Source: Octopus vulgaris
Taxonomy: Eukaryota
Reading direction: 5' to 3'
DNA: 64,000 nucleotides
Assembly (NCBI GenBank): GCA_951406725.2
Contig: OX597821.1
Location: forward strand, 4,340,001 to 4,404,000
Part shown: one piece after another, positions 14,557 to 26,722 of the stretch
How the letters are laid out: each line of letters starts with the position of its first letter
Numbering within the stretch: the stretch's first letter is position 1
Notes under the pieces: model-generated
Seen by the model: only the letters and a program-made list of their open reading frames with translations
What the model was told of the DNA's origin: nothing
Databases searched by the model: none
Translations under genes and position numbers: made by a program

Positions 14557-14702
14557 ACATTCGAAGCCTTCAATCTTCAGTCAAGAACCGGATCATCTTC
14601 GCAATTTCGGCTGATTAATCTTGAGATTGCTCCGACCTTGGCAGCCCCAAAGGAAAATCTAAGCCAAGCGCATTAGATTTCTTGGAAGAAAGCCTCGAAT
14701 GT
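14557..14702 (-). ncRNA. Candidate non-circularly-permuted hammerhead ribozyme within a short repeat (~14485-14850)
   Basis: GCAAU-C-UCAAGA ... AGCC-GAA-AUUGC ... UCUUGA-CUGAAGA-uugaa-GGCU; helix I covaries with the copy at 61823-61879. Confidence 0.65.
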
Positions 14703-15227
14703 ATACAAAACAAGGACGGAAAACGGACGATGTTACTCGAATAAAAATACTCAAATACGTAAAAACAATAATGATAGCACGAATAAGAATACAAAAATAC
14801 GTAAAAACAATAATGATAAGAATAACAACAAGACCAGGACGTCAAGGACATGTATGTATATATATACATACATAGGAATGACATTTTAGTCAATACTATA
14901 GGACATTTCCTGTTTTTTCTTACCTATAAATAATCCAGGATGCATCCTAATGATTGCGCGATCTCAAATACATCAGAAGCATCGGCGTCTAGACAACAGG
15001 GGAAACAAACTTGTCATTCTTTAAATGTATTTCTGACTATCCTGTCTATTGATGAAGTGAAAACCAGATATATATCACCTCTTGACCTTTCATACGTACT
15101 TATAATGAATAGTGAATGATTATGTATCCCCCTGATCCAGCAATTGTTATTCAGTATGCTATCGTGTTTCGATTGGTGTCAGAAGTTCGGTATGTCAATT
15201 CAAAATATACGTTTGCAAATTTATATG

Positions 15228-15265
<38 letters not shown>

Positions 15266-15908
15266 CACAAAGAAATCGAGACTCACAGATATATACACAC
15301 ATACATAACTATATGTATATGTATGCATATGTTTATATACCAAAATAATATATATACATATATATACTTATAAATAGATAGGTATATATGTGTAGATGTA
15401 TTTATACACATCCGTACATATATAGACATACAAATATGCATATATATATATATAGGTAGATACAGACATACATATGCATATATACGGACAGCCATACTTA
15501 TATATAACATATATTTATGCTAACACACATACGCCCAAACTGTCATATATGCGGATAGGTAGCCAGGCAGCCACGCAGACATGTATCTGTGCAAGCGTGT
15601 ATGCTTGTATGTCTGTAGTGATAAATCTCTATATATATTTTGTATTTTGTATTTGAGAACTCTTGAACTTCTGTATTTTCGAATCTGTATTATTAGTCAC
15701 CATGGGGTGAAAAGTTCAAATATTTGGAAATTATGTATTCTCATGATACAAAGAAGATCATACATTGAAAAGGAAATGACAGAATGCATATTGACCGTAA
15801 AAATGGAAAAGTATTATTAAATTTGAATTATACATATATATTCTATTCACACTTCTGTACTTTTTTTCATCCTCAACGTTTTTTCTCATTCTTTATATAC
15901 ATATACAA

Positions 15909-15944
15909 ATTTCTGAAGAGTAACTGAAAATCGAAACGTCAGAT
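15909..15944 (+). ncRNA. Minimal type I hammerhead-like motif
   Basis: AUUU-CUGAAGA-G...C-GAA-ACGU-C-AGAU; palindromic helix III, weak helix II. Confidence 0.5.
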
Positions 15945-16189
15945 CCAATTTCACCATCATATATTATTTTACATCAAACTAAAATTTCGAACTTGTTTTT
16001 ACTATTTTTGTTTCATAATTTCGAGACCACAACACCCATATATGTTTGCGCGCTCGTAGAGTTTCTATGCATATATATTTTTATATATATTCTTACGTAC
16101 ATAATATATGCACATTATAACCTCTAGCCTTTACCTCAAATCGTGACATCAAATTTAATAGAATCCATATAATGATAAAAGGAGTAATA

Positions 16190-16500
16190 AAAAGCGAGAC
16201 CAATGCGTTAATATAATTCTGATGACTTACTTCAACTTAGTATCAAATGATCAGGAGGTATCATAATCTCATTTTAGTAGCTTAGGTTTTTAGGACCCAC
16301 AACTATCAAACATTCTGCGTAGCAGCCTCAGAGTAATACAAATTGTACATATCGCAGTCTTCAAAGGACGTCTGCACAAGTTTCTATTTGAGACACAAGA
16401 TAAACCTACATCGCTACTTCACCAGAATCAATGCTGAAAAAAAAAGTGAATCTACTAAAAGTGGTTGCTCCAGCATGGCCTCAGCCTATGGCTGACATAC
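16190..16500 (+). mobile_element. Degenerate CR1-like LINE 3' end
   Basis: Similar to 13755-14030 (SLGF.PQL..IL, FKGRLHKFL, tail CCAGCATGGCC.CAGCC-TAT-GGCTG). Confidence 0.65.
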
Positions 16501-16783
16501 CTATTTGTATCTGTGTGTCTACGCGTGTGTAATTTTCCTTTTGTTATTCCTCCTTTTTTTTTCATTCCAGGAGGATTATATCCTAAACTACATTGCCCAA
16601 GTTTGTCAGTACTTTCGTGGTTGCAGCCAAAACTTCAGTCGTGCAACTTTTCAAGTATGATTGTATTTGCTGTGTTTACTGTTCCTCTTCAGTTGTCTCA
16701 GTTGTAACATCTCTGTATATACGACGCGCGCTCCCCTGCATGTGTGTGTATGTGTGTGTGTGCGTGTGTGTGTGTGTGCGCGC

Positions 16784-16818
<35 letters not shown>

Positions 16819-17190
16819 TGTGTATGTGTGTAAGCATTCATTTGTCGCCTTCGATCGCGGATGCCATCGGATACCATGATATATATATATATATATATAT
16901 ACTAGCCCCCTAAACGCTCACATCAGACCTCATTTTCAGAGTTTTAAACAATGCTTCACTGTAGATTAAATATAAGAGGAGCCTTAATAGATATTCCACC
17001 CGCATTGGAGTCACACCAGAGTTGCCTACATCATTCGACAGTCCAAGGAAAGAAGCAGCCAATAACGTCTCTTCTGTGTTAGTTGATTTATTACAAACGA
17101 CGCCTATATGTCGCTGCTGAAGGTAAGTTTTCATAGTCTATGTGTCATCAACGATTCTCCATCTAGTTACTATTTTCAATGCAGATTGCA

Positions 17191-17416
17191 CAAGGGCGTG
17201 CTGAAAAGTACCTAACTTAGGGTAACAGGAAATACAACAGGATGAGTTAATTATGATCTTATTCAACATATTCCCCCCTGAAATTCACGCACTTCGTGTA
17301 GCGGTTCTTGAGCTTCTCTAAACCCAGAAAAAAGACATCAGAATTTAGGACCCCGCACCTCAATCAGGCCTTTCGCGATACCCTTTAAGCCAGGAAAAAT
17401 TTTCAGCACTCCCTTG
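17191..17416. mobile_element. mariner-derived MITE
   Basis: TIRs CAAGGGCGTGCTGAAAAG / TTTTCAGCACTCCCTTG followed by TA. Confidence 0.75.
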
Positions 17417-19213
17417 TAGATGACAAACCTCGTAAAATTACCTTTCTAGATTTAATGTGAATGAAACAAATTAGCAGATTTAAAGGAAGGAAATTATATC
17501 TAATTTAGATACACACCAGTGCAGTGAATCTATTTGTGTTAATTTGGGTTTTATAATTTTGCTTGCATGTTTGTTTTTATACTCATTATTTCCCTCGTAG
17601 TTATAATGCTGTCTTAGTATTAGTGCGAGGGTTAAACTGCCATTTTGTTTAGACTTTCGATATCTTCTTGGGTTTCAATATCTGAATTATTCAGTTACTT
17701 ATCGGGGTATTGCCAAGACACAAGGAGTATCTTTTCGTTTGCTTTGTGAGTTGTTTTAACTCGGAGTTGATTTCCTCTCCTCTTTATGTTTATACATAAT
17801 TTATATCCGGCTATCATAGCGGTTGCTAAGAAGCCGAGAGAATAGGTAGAAGATTTTCAAAGTAATATATATATATATATATATATATTAGTTCTGAATT
17901 TATTCGATTAAATATTCTTCAAGGCAATACTCTAGAATGGCTGCAGTCTAATGACTGATACAAATAAAAGATAAAAATACATGGATATGTTTGTCTCTTC
18001 TGTATGTAGCTATATACAATACAGACATTAATAACTTTGTGTGTATATATATATATATTCCTATATGCAAACATTCATGCACTCGTACACATGACATATA
18101 TGAAGAGGTATTTATGTGTATTTCTGTATCAATAAGCTTTCAAGTATTTTTCCCAAAGTGGTTCAAATAGAAGGTGCAGCATGAATTGAAAAGCGAAAAT
18201 TAACAAACATTATGCTCACGACTTGGAAGCCATTTTTTTATGTGCCTGCTTCATCATATTTAGCATGGGAGCTAAACAATAACAATAACAACACCAATAA
18301 AAACAAGAACAATAACAGTTACCATCGCCCCCCTCCCCACTAACACCAATACAAACGCAGCCACTACCAAATATAAATGTATACAAACTGTTAAGCTGCT
18401 GATAAAATTTCTATTTAGAAATCAGTCTGATCTTATTTCACACGTCCATATATTTAATTCCATACGCTGCAATAATGAGGCATTATGTAGTGTGAATTAG
18501 CTTACCTCAATATTACATTTCATAGGAATAAGCGTTTCTGAAATTTAATAACACGCTGCCCAGAAGTATGAATAACGAACATAATAAATGTTGAATTTAG
18601 TAAAAATATGAAAAATTATAAAATCAAAAAAATATAGGATATACGTGATATATCATGGTGAGTTTATAGTAGCTTCTATGAATATAAGTTGCTATATAAT
18701 TACAATAATACATTAGGGTTGTTTTCTATATTTATTTATTTTCTCTTAATGAACACGTCTAGACAACGCCCGGAACGTAAAAATATACTAATTATATATT
18801 TAAAGGGAAAAAATAATAATCCTGTTTCCAAATATTTCATATTGAAAGACAGATACAAACACACACACACACACACATTCACACACTCACACACAAACAC
18901 ACTCTCTCTCTAACTCTCTCACACATACATCTTTATATCTCAGTGTATGTAAATATATGTGTCAGTGTGTGTGTATATGCGTATGTATACGTATACAGAT
19001 GTGTATATATGTAAGTGTATATGAACAATATTAGTGATATGTGTGTGTGTGTGTGCGTGTGTGTGTGTGTGTGTGCGTGTTTGTGTGTGCATATTTGTAC
19101 CATTATTTCATGATTGTGTATGTATATAAGCCTATATTTAGATACGCACACAGACGTATATTCCAATATTTTAAAGTTTCTTTATACATTAAGTTTTTTT
19201 TATGTGCTGGCCC

Positions 19214-19244
<31 letters not shown>

Positions 19245-20212
19245 CGTGTGTGTGTGTGTGTGTTTGTGAGTGCATCTGAGTGTGTTTGTGTGTGTATGTG
19301 TTGGTCTATACATACATACATGATGTCTGTCCACACATGAACGACAAAGATCATCAGTTATCGTACCCCATGCATAATTCCAGCAATGCTCGTGCAGGGG
19401 GTTATCGCATCCGAGGTCGGCTTCCCGCGGATCAGGCTCGCAGCTTTCATTTTATGTAGTAACACGTCCGAAAGCTGCTCCAGTCTATGGACATGATCCA
19501 GAGACTCGCTGGAGCAAGATATCAGGTACCAATACGAAGCAACGCTTCAGAAATATGTGAGCGCCATGATTTTAAATGCAAGCAAAAGATCACCAAACCA
19601 CCGAACAACGGACAGCAGTCAAGAATTTCTGAGGGACTGTGTTATTGCAAGATAGTCCTTAAACTGAAACTAGGTTCATCCATCCCTCTGACTGGTTTTG
19701 ATTTGAGTCCTTGAAGCTTTTTAGCAAACGTCTCAGGCAAGTCTAATGGGACTGTTAATTTAGTCGCTGACGATCCGATAATACCACAAGGTGAAACTAC
19801 ACATGTAGTACCATTAGGAATTCAGTAATGACCAATGAGTTCTTATTAATTCCTCAACCGAAAGTGATACGAATGACGTATCTAATCCACAGAGTAAAGA
19901 TCTCGAAAGTATGTAACATAGATCCATCCTATTACATTTAAAGTTGAATAAAAGCCGGAACAGCAATATTGCTAAATTTCACTCGCGAAGTGGCAGGATT
20001 GGGGGAAATGTAAACGAGGAAAAGCCGCAAGTCAGAGAAAACGAAATCTAGGAGGAGGAGATGAAGGAAAAATTGAAGATGAAGAAGGTAAAGATTATGA
20101 CGGTGATGATGATGTGCAGAGACAGATGAAATAGGGCTGATGACGATAGAGACAATATAATCAATTGACTATATAGGAATTTTACATGGTGCGATGTATA
20201 AAATACTTTTTT

Positions 20213-20412
20213 TCATTCTTTTAATTGTTTCAGACATTTGAATGCAGCCATGCTGGAGCACCACCTTTAGTAGAGCAAATCGACCGCAGGATTTACACTT
20301 TGTAAGCCTATTACTTCTCCTATCGATCTCTTTTGCCGAACCGCTAAGTTACGGGGACGTTAATACACCGGCATCGGTTGTCAAGCGAAGTTAGAGGGAC
20401 AATCACAGACGC
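20213..20412 (-). mobile_element. SINE family A, 3' half
   Basis: Reverse complement of the family body and tail (GCTCCAGCATGGC..CAAATG.CTGAAAC). Confidence 0.8.
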
Positions 20413-20441
20413 ACAAGCGTTAAGTGTTATGTCTGTAGTGG

Positions 20442-20546
<105 letters not shown>

Positions 20547-20629
20547 CATACATAGATAGATAGATAGATAGATATAGAGAGATAGATAGACAGATAGATA
20601 CAGACAGAGAGTATATTTTGATTGCCTCG

Positions 20630-20690
20630 ATATCTGACGAGATGCCGGAGCAGGTTTCTGCCTCGACATCCGAAAATCGAAGTCTAATGG
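20630..20690 (+). ncRNA. Type I hammerhead-like motif with long helix II (degenerate copy)
   Basis: CUGACGA, 13-bp imperfect helix II, GAAA..GUC; sister of 43925-43984. Confidence 0.5.
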
Positions 20691-21606
20691 AAAACGAATA
20701 ATTGTCAGATTTACAGATAAGTTGCTCTACATAATACTGAGGTCTCTTTCATTCTTTTGTTGTCTTATAATTACTATATATGTTTGTGTGTGTGTGTGCG
20801 TATGTATGTATGTATGTATGTATGTATGCATACATACATACATACACACATATAATATGGTTGTGACTTTGTGTTTTGTTTGGTGTTCGCCTTCGCCCTT
20901 CTGCTTGTCTAGCGGAGTTGGTTTGGTTACTTCCACGTTGCATAGTGTCTCAGCGACGGTGTATGAATATAATAAGAACTAGGATCGATATTTTCGCCTC
21001 CCCTTCACGGTGTCAGACGAATGGCTGAAAGAATTTAAAGAAAGAACAAAAACAGGTGTATTTCAGGAATTCTTATTAAGTATTTCAAAAACTACAGGGA
21101 TTTCGCGGTGGAACAAAAATCCCTGCTAAGAAAGAAGGATAAGTTGAAACAACGAATAAAATCTCTACAGCTTAATTTAACTTGTGGAAGTTATTACCTA
21201 CATCAACCTAAGTCTTTTAAAATGTGTCATGAGGCATCTAAGTAATTTCTGTTGAAGAAATTGAACAATAAAAGAAGTATAGCGTGCAATCAACAGATAT
21301 ATTTGTCCAATTCGAGGCAAAATGAAAATCATAATTTTTCTCATTGGGATGTCATCCTAAAATCCGTAGCTGAATTCCAGTTATGTTCACATATATATCG
21401 CAAATAGATGCAGCCTTCGTCCTTTCCTTCAAACACTCATAAATCAAAAGTGATGCGTATGATCACCGTATTTGTTGAATTCGACTCAACATCATTTGTT
21501 CTACTTGAAATTCCATATAGTTGTCTTTATACCAAAAATATTTTCTCTGGCCTTTCACGCTCCTACAAATCAAGCCATTATAAAACATAGCTTCTTGTAC
21601 CTTCAT

Positions 21607-21661
<55 letters not shown>

Positions 21662-22499
21662 ATATATATATATATATATATATATGCAGTAAATTATAGT
21701 AATTCCTTAAACTTCTACCGAGTAATTACAATTTGTGTTTTACTGATTCCCCAACAGATTTCCAAAACGCTTATCTTGAGTCATCCAAAGTTAGACACTG
21801 CTAAAAATTTAATCAATTAAAGTACATACTCATTAGTTTGAGATCACATAACGTGAACCATATACTTATCTCTAAAGTATCGGATACACTACTTCGTGAT
21901 ACATATACCAATCTCTTTGCCACGCGTATAATTAGAGATTTAATTTGCAAGAGAATATGACTGTGACATATTTTATATCAAATTTAATTCCAATATAGAG
22001 TAGACAACAATTTCGTTTCAGTTAGTTACTCCCTCAACCTAATTTCTATAGCATCAACGCCGATATTTAAGTGAATTACTATTCACAAAACAGAATGTAA
22101 TATATTGCGTGGAGAAAGAGCGTCATATTTAATTATCTTAATTCTTTTTTTGTTCCGTTGTATAATACTTAACAAAATAATTGCTTCATAGAGAAAAAAT
22201 ATAGTTATTAATGTTGAGAACACACTAAGTAAAAGTGCTCTGGGAGCTAGTTATTATGAGAAAGCTTAAATGAATGTAATTAGCATTGAATATTTGTAGC
22301 GTACTAGCAAATTTGTATAAAACTTAAAAGAAAAAGAAAAACATTTTCCATGACTATAATCAATTCTACTGCCAAATCTACGTAAATGTTATGGTTAGCG
22401 GGGAATATATGCTCATTCTGTATAATCGAATTCGTATAAGTATAGTTTCGCATTCACATATTGTATAACAAATTTACCTTTATTGTCTCGAGTTCTAGG

Positions 22500-22725
22500 A
22501 CATCGTGTCGGTTAGCTTGGTGGAAAAATGAGCGAGGCCATACTTCCCCAGAAAAGGACGGTAGTCTATCGCAGCGGCACTGGTTTACGGCTGAATAGCC
22601 TGAAACAAGGTGAAAAGAAGGGTATTATTGAAGACCACAAGACAAAACCTGGTCCAGGAATCGAAACTGCATTCTGGCATTCTGTAATCGTGCGTGCAAA
22701 ACCCTAACTAATAAGCCACACGCTT
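22500..22725 (-). mobile_element. Degenerate tRNA-derived SINE, family C
   Basis: Reverse complement of GCGTGTGGCTTATTAGTTAGGG..GTTTCGATTCCTGGACC head. Confidence 0.55.
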
Positions 22726-23574
22726 CAAACCTAATTTACATGATATACATTATTAACTTCTTAGATGTCACTTGTTCATAAAGTGAGCCAACGTGTGGGC
22801 TTCTCTTAGAATTCTGGTCCTACTAATATTTTTGTCGTGGTCGACAACTCCACGTTTCCAGTTTTGCTTCTTCAGTGGCGTGAATTTCTTGAAGTGGATG
22901 GCAACTTGCCTGGAATAGATCCACGTAGTGTAATCTCAAAACAATATTCTGTGGCGCATAGGTGTGATATACAGGATCAGACAACGCAAATGCATTTAAC
23001 TGCCATGAAACTAGATACGAGCTTCACCTCCAGAGTCAACTCGTCCAGTCAGTTCGTCGAGAGATTATAAATCTGCATGCGATTATTTTGTCGTTGAAGA
23101 GATTGACTATGTCCCTATAGATCTGACTCAATCAGTGTTCTTTTCGGGAAGAGTTTAGCTATGACAGTCACTTTCTATTAAATCAGACGGTCTCTTAAAA
23201 TGACTGATCGATTAGGAGTGCGGAAACAAGCCTCCAAGGACACACTCACGAACACATATATGTAGACATATTATACACATAACATATATACATACACACA
23301 AAAGCAGCCACACAAACACATATACATGCACTATCACACACACGTATGTACGCCCATATATATACATATACTAACATACACACATATATACATTTAGACA
23401 CACATACACACACACACACACACATACACACACACACACACATATATATATATAAGAAATATGTTACAAAAAGAAAATAGAAACTACACGTGGAAAGTAA
23501 GAAGAAAGATAAGTGAAAATGCACATTGGAAATCAAGAAAAATTAAAGGCTTTTTATGAAAAGTAACAAACTAT

Positions 23575-23975
23575 ATATATATACAATTAGACGAACTGAG
23601 GTAGGAATAAAAGTAATAAAATTCATTATTGTGAATTATTAAAGAGATTTAAAAGCATACCGGTTTCGTAAATTACTAATCGTTGCTTTAAATGCACACC
23701 GATTAATGAACGGTGTCAAGTCTACTAGTCCCTGAGTAAAGAGATGAGATTATGTGTAAGAGGGGTAAGTTGTTCTGGACTAGGTGCAATTAGAGTAGAT
23801 ATAGATCTGTAATGTGAATTGTGCACGGGTTGTATGGGGGTTAATGGTATTAATTGAAAGGTTAGTAGTTTTCTGTATTATTTTATGTGTTCATATTGAG
23901 ATGGGAAAGGTATTTATTGATGAAAGTAGCCTCTTTATGCATGCATTGTAGTATTGAGGTGTTCTGTGAACATTG
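23575..23975 (-). mobile_element. Penelope-like element 3' end (ORF C-terminus plus pLTR)
   Basis: QCSQNTS..KEATFINKYLSHLNMN aligns with the Penelope ORF end at ~33780-33870; HHR motif downstream. Confidence 0.7.
23647..23693 (-). ncRNA. Minimal hammerhead variant, A3:U8 and C4 core
   Basis: AUUUAAAGCA-ACGAUUA-GUA auu UAC-GAA-ACCGGU-A-UGCUUUUAAAU. Confidence 0.7.
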
Positions 23976-23987
23976 AATATATATATA

Positions 23988-24192
23988 TTCGTGCTGCACG
24001 GAGTTTTGTCAATGAACAGGTCGCGGTCTGAAAGCTACGAAAATATTTTGACAAATTAAATTTAAATGTTGAAGTGAATCTAACGGTTTTGTGTTTTTCT
24101 TAAATGGCTTATAAACACCTTCCACGCTGCAAGTGTTTTCGTTCCAGCACACGATCTCAGATCAAGTCACTCGCTATGCAAGTACATCTTCG
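23988..24192 (+). mobile_element. Short repeat carrying the G3:C8-type HHR family (decayed copy, motif 24005-24055)
   Basis: ~190-bp homolog of 34340-34530 in opposite orientation. Confidence 0.7.
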
Positions 24193-24239
24193 TTATATAT
24201 GTATATATATATATATATATATATGTTATTTAATGTTAC

Positions 24240-24375
24240 ATACTTTATTGATCTTGGAAGAATGAAAGACAAAATCGACCTCATCCATAAAAGAAGAGAA
24301 GAAATGCAGTTAAAGATGGATGAAATGCGGTTAAGCATTTTGTCCAGCATGTTAACGATTCCACAAGCTCGCAGT
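24240..24375 (-). mobile_element. tRNA-derived SINE, family B (degenerate)
   Basis: GAATGAAAGACAAAATCGACCTC and GCATTTTGTCCAGCATGTTAACGATTC match the 52735-53085 copies. Confidence 0.65.
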
Positions 24376-25278
24376 ATTTGAGTAATTGCAATATCGATGT
24401 CATTAGTGTCTATGCTAGTATAAGCTTTATTCAAATTCTCGAACTTCCAAGAGAAAATGCTGATAAGAGAAACTTTATTGTTCACAAGGCTCGCTTCGAC
24501 CCAGTATGCATCGTTGCCTCGTGGGTGGGATTCTTCCATCAGCGCCTCCGTAATCGCATAATGCACGATGTTTGTTGCTTTCGAAATAGAGCTATATAAC
24601 GCCTGTCATACGATGAGAATTTTGTGTCTAATTTGCATATGCAACAAAGTATAATTTATACAGTAATTAATAAATATTATTGAAAGTTATCGAGTCCTTT
24701 GTGTTTTCTATGCAAGCTTTGATTGTGTTTGGAGCTTACCAACTGTTTACTACGACTAATTCATCTCTTATTATAAAAGGCAGATTTTATCTGCCTCCCT
24801 TTGGGAGTTATACAAATCTACAATATAGGATTTCTTCAATTACAATTTACCTAGCGTTTTTAAGAGTACAATGCATCGCGTCATGCCAGGTCCAGTTTTT
24901 AAAATTTAAACTCCAGTTAAGCAAAATTTACAGAAAACTCACATTCTGGTGTGTGTGTCAAATGCTTTTCTTAGTCTGGTTTACACCACACGCAAACGCA
25001 CACACACAGTGGGCAACGAATAAAATGAAAGTAAATAGCGACAGAGTGATTTGAGGAAGGCTAAAGTGAAAGTATTCTGTCTATGACGCTGATAGATACA
25101 TGAGTAAAATGTATGGGAAGCTAAGAGCTAAGAGTGAGTGAAAATGTTCTTGGAAGAGAGTAATTAGTAATAAAGTAAACATGCACTCATACATACATAC
25201 ATACATACATACATACATACATACACACATACACACATACACACACACATACATACACACACACATACATACATACAC

Positions 25279-25309
<31 letters not shown>

Positions 25310-25552
25310 CATACATACATACATATACATACATACATACACACACACACATACACACACACACTATTGAAGCTTGAGAACAATCAGATACATTTGCAAC
25401 ACATCTGTTGAAAATATTATTGTTCACACACATACATATACATATACACATACAGACAGACAGACATATAGACACACACACACACACACACACATGATCA
25501 AGCATGGCCACAACCTCAAGGCTGAAACATATAAAAGAATAACAGAATATAA

Positions 25553-25905
25553 ATGTGTGCAAAGTACAAGAAATATTAATGCAGTATATGGGGATTGGAC
25601 AATAAGCGTAAGGCAGTGTCAATGGTGGTTCCAGAAATCCCGAGCCATAAACTACAGCCTAGAAGACGAGCCTCATCCTGAAAGATCTGTAGAACTCGAC
25701 AAGGACATCCTGAAAACCCTGGTGGAACAAAATATCATCTTAACTGTTGAGGAACTAGCAGAGAAGCTTGGATTTGGTCATTCAACCATTCATTGACACC
25801 TGTGTGCTATCGGAAAAGTCAGCAAATTGGGTCAATGGGTTCCTCACGAACTTTCCGAGTCTAATTGCATGCAGAGAGTGAATGTATGCTTTTCTTTGCT
25901 GTCAT
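25553..25905 (+). pseudogene. mariner transposase fragment
   Basis: RNINAVYG..QWWFQK..LEDEPHPERS..TVEELAEKLG..GQWVPHELS. Confidence 0.85.
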
Positions 25906-25931
25906 ATCTCACCACTACTGCGCTATGTATA

Positions 25932-26567
25932 TCTATATATATAAAACTGTAGTTGTGTGAGTGTCTGTCCCCTTCGATTTAGATTCCTAACTACTCCCAC
26001 ATTTTGCGGTACAGTTTAACCAAATTCGGGTAGCTTATAGTCGTGATTCATATCGAGCCCGTCTGAATATTAGCGCGCGTCTACGATGAGTCTACGATTT
26101 TAAAAATAATTTAACATCATTTTTTATTCCATTTTAATGCATAATTGTTCGTGTGTCGATGGCGGCGGAGTTGGCGTCCACGCTCACACCTGCACCTGTG
26201 GGGAAGGGAGTGTAAGGAAATCAACGTCGTAATGCGTTGTCAAGGAGACCAGTGTTCTTTTAGAACAACGACTTCATGGCTTGAAGACACCAAAACAGAA
26301 ATGGCTAAGAAAGCGTCTACATGAGTCTACGATTTAAAAAAAAATTACCATCGTTTTTTTTCCATTTTAATGCATTTTTTCGCTATTATATAAGGGAAGT
26401 AACTCTCTAAAAATGTCTACGATGAGTCAACGATTTAAAAAAAAATTTACCATCATGTTTTTTCCATTTTTAATGCATTTTTTGCTATTTTTTGGCTATA
26501 ACTCTCTAAAAATGCTTATATAGTTATTTCCCTTACAAACCCGAGCAACGCCGGGCGATACTGCTAG
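25932..26567 (+). mobile_element. Non-autonomous Helitron
   Basis: 5' TC (TCTATATATATAAAA) after A; 3' hairpin CCCG-agcaacgc-CGGG then CTAG before T; three internal ~60-bp direct repeats. Confidence 0.85.
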
Positions 26568-26630
26568 TCTTATTATATTTTATTCAAAATATAGATACAT
26601 ATACATACATTCATACATACATATGGACAT

Positions 26631-26722
<92 letters not shown>

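Noticed and set aside
19439-19478. 9-bp hairpin GCAGCTTTC/GAAAGCTGC in a GC-richer island
   Set aside because: No CUGANGA-type segment in register and no recognisable protein in any frame
22850-22880. Minus-strand CUGAAGA..GAAACGU motif
   Set aside because: Cleavage nucleotide missing and helix II unpaired; at best a fully decayed copy
26079-26480. Regularly spaced direct repeats resembling a CRISPR array
   Set aside because: Eukaryotic context, unequal spacing, no cas genes; internal Helitron repeats
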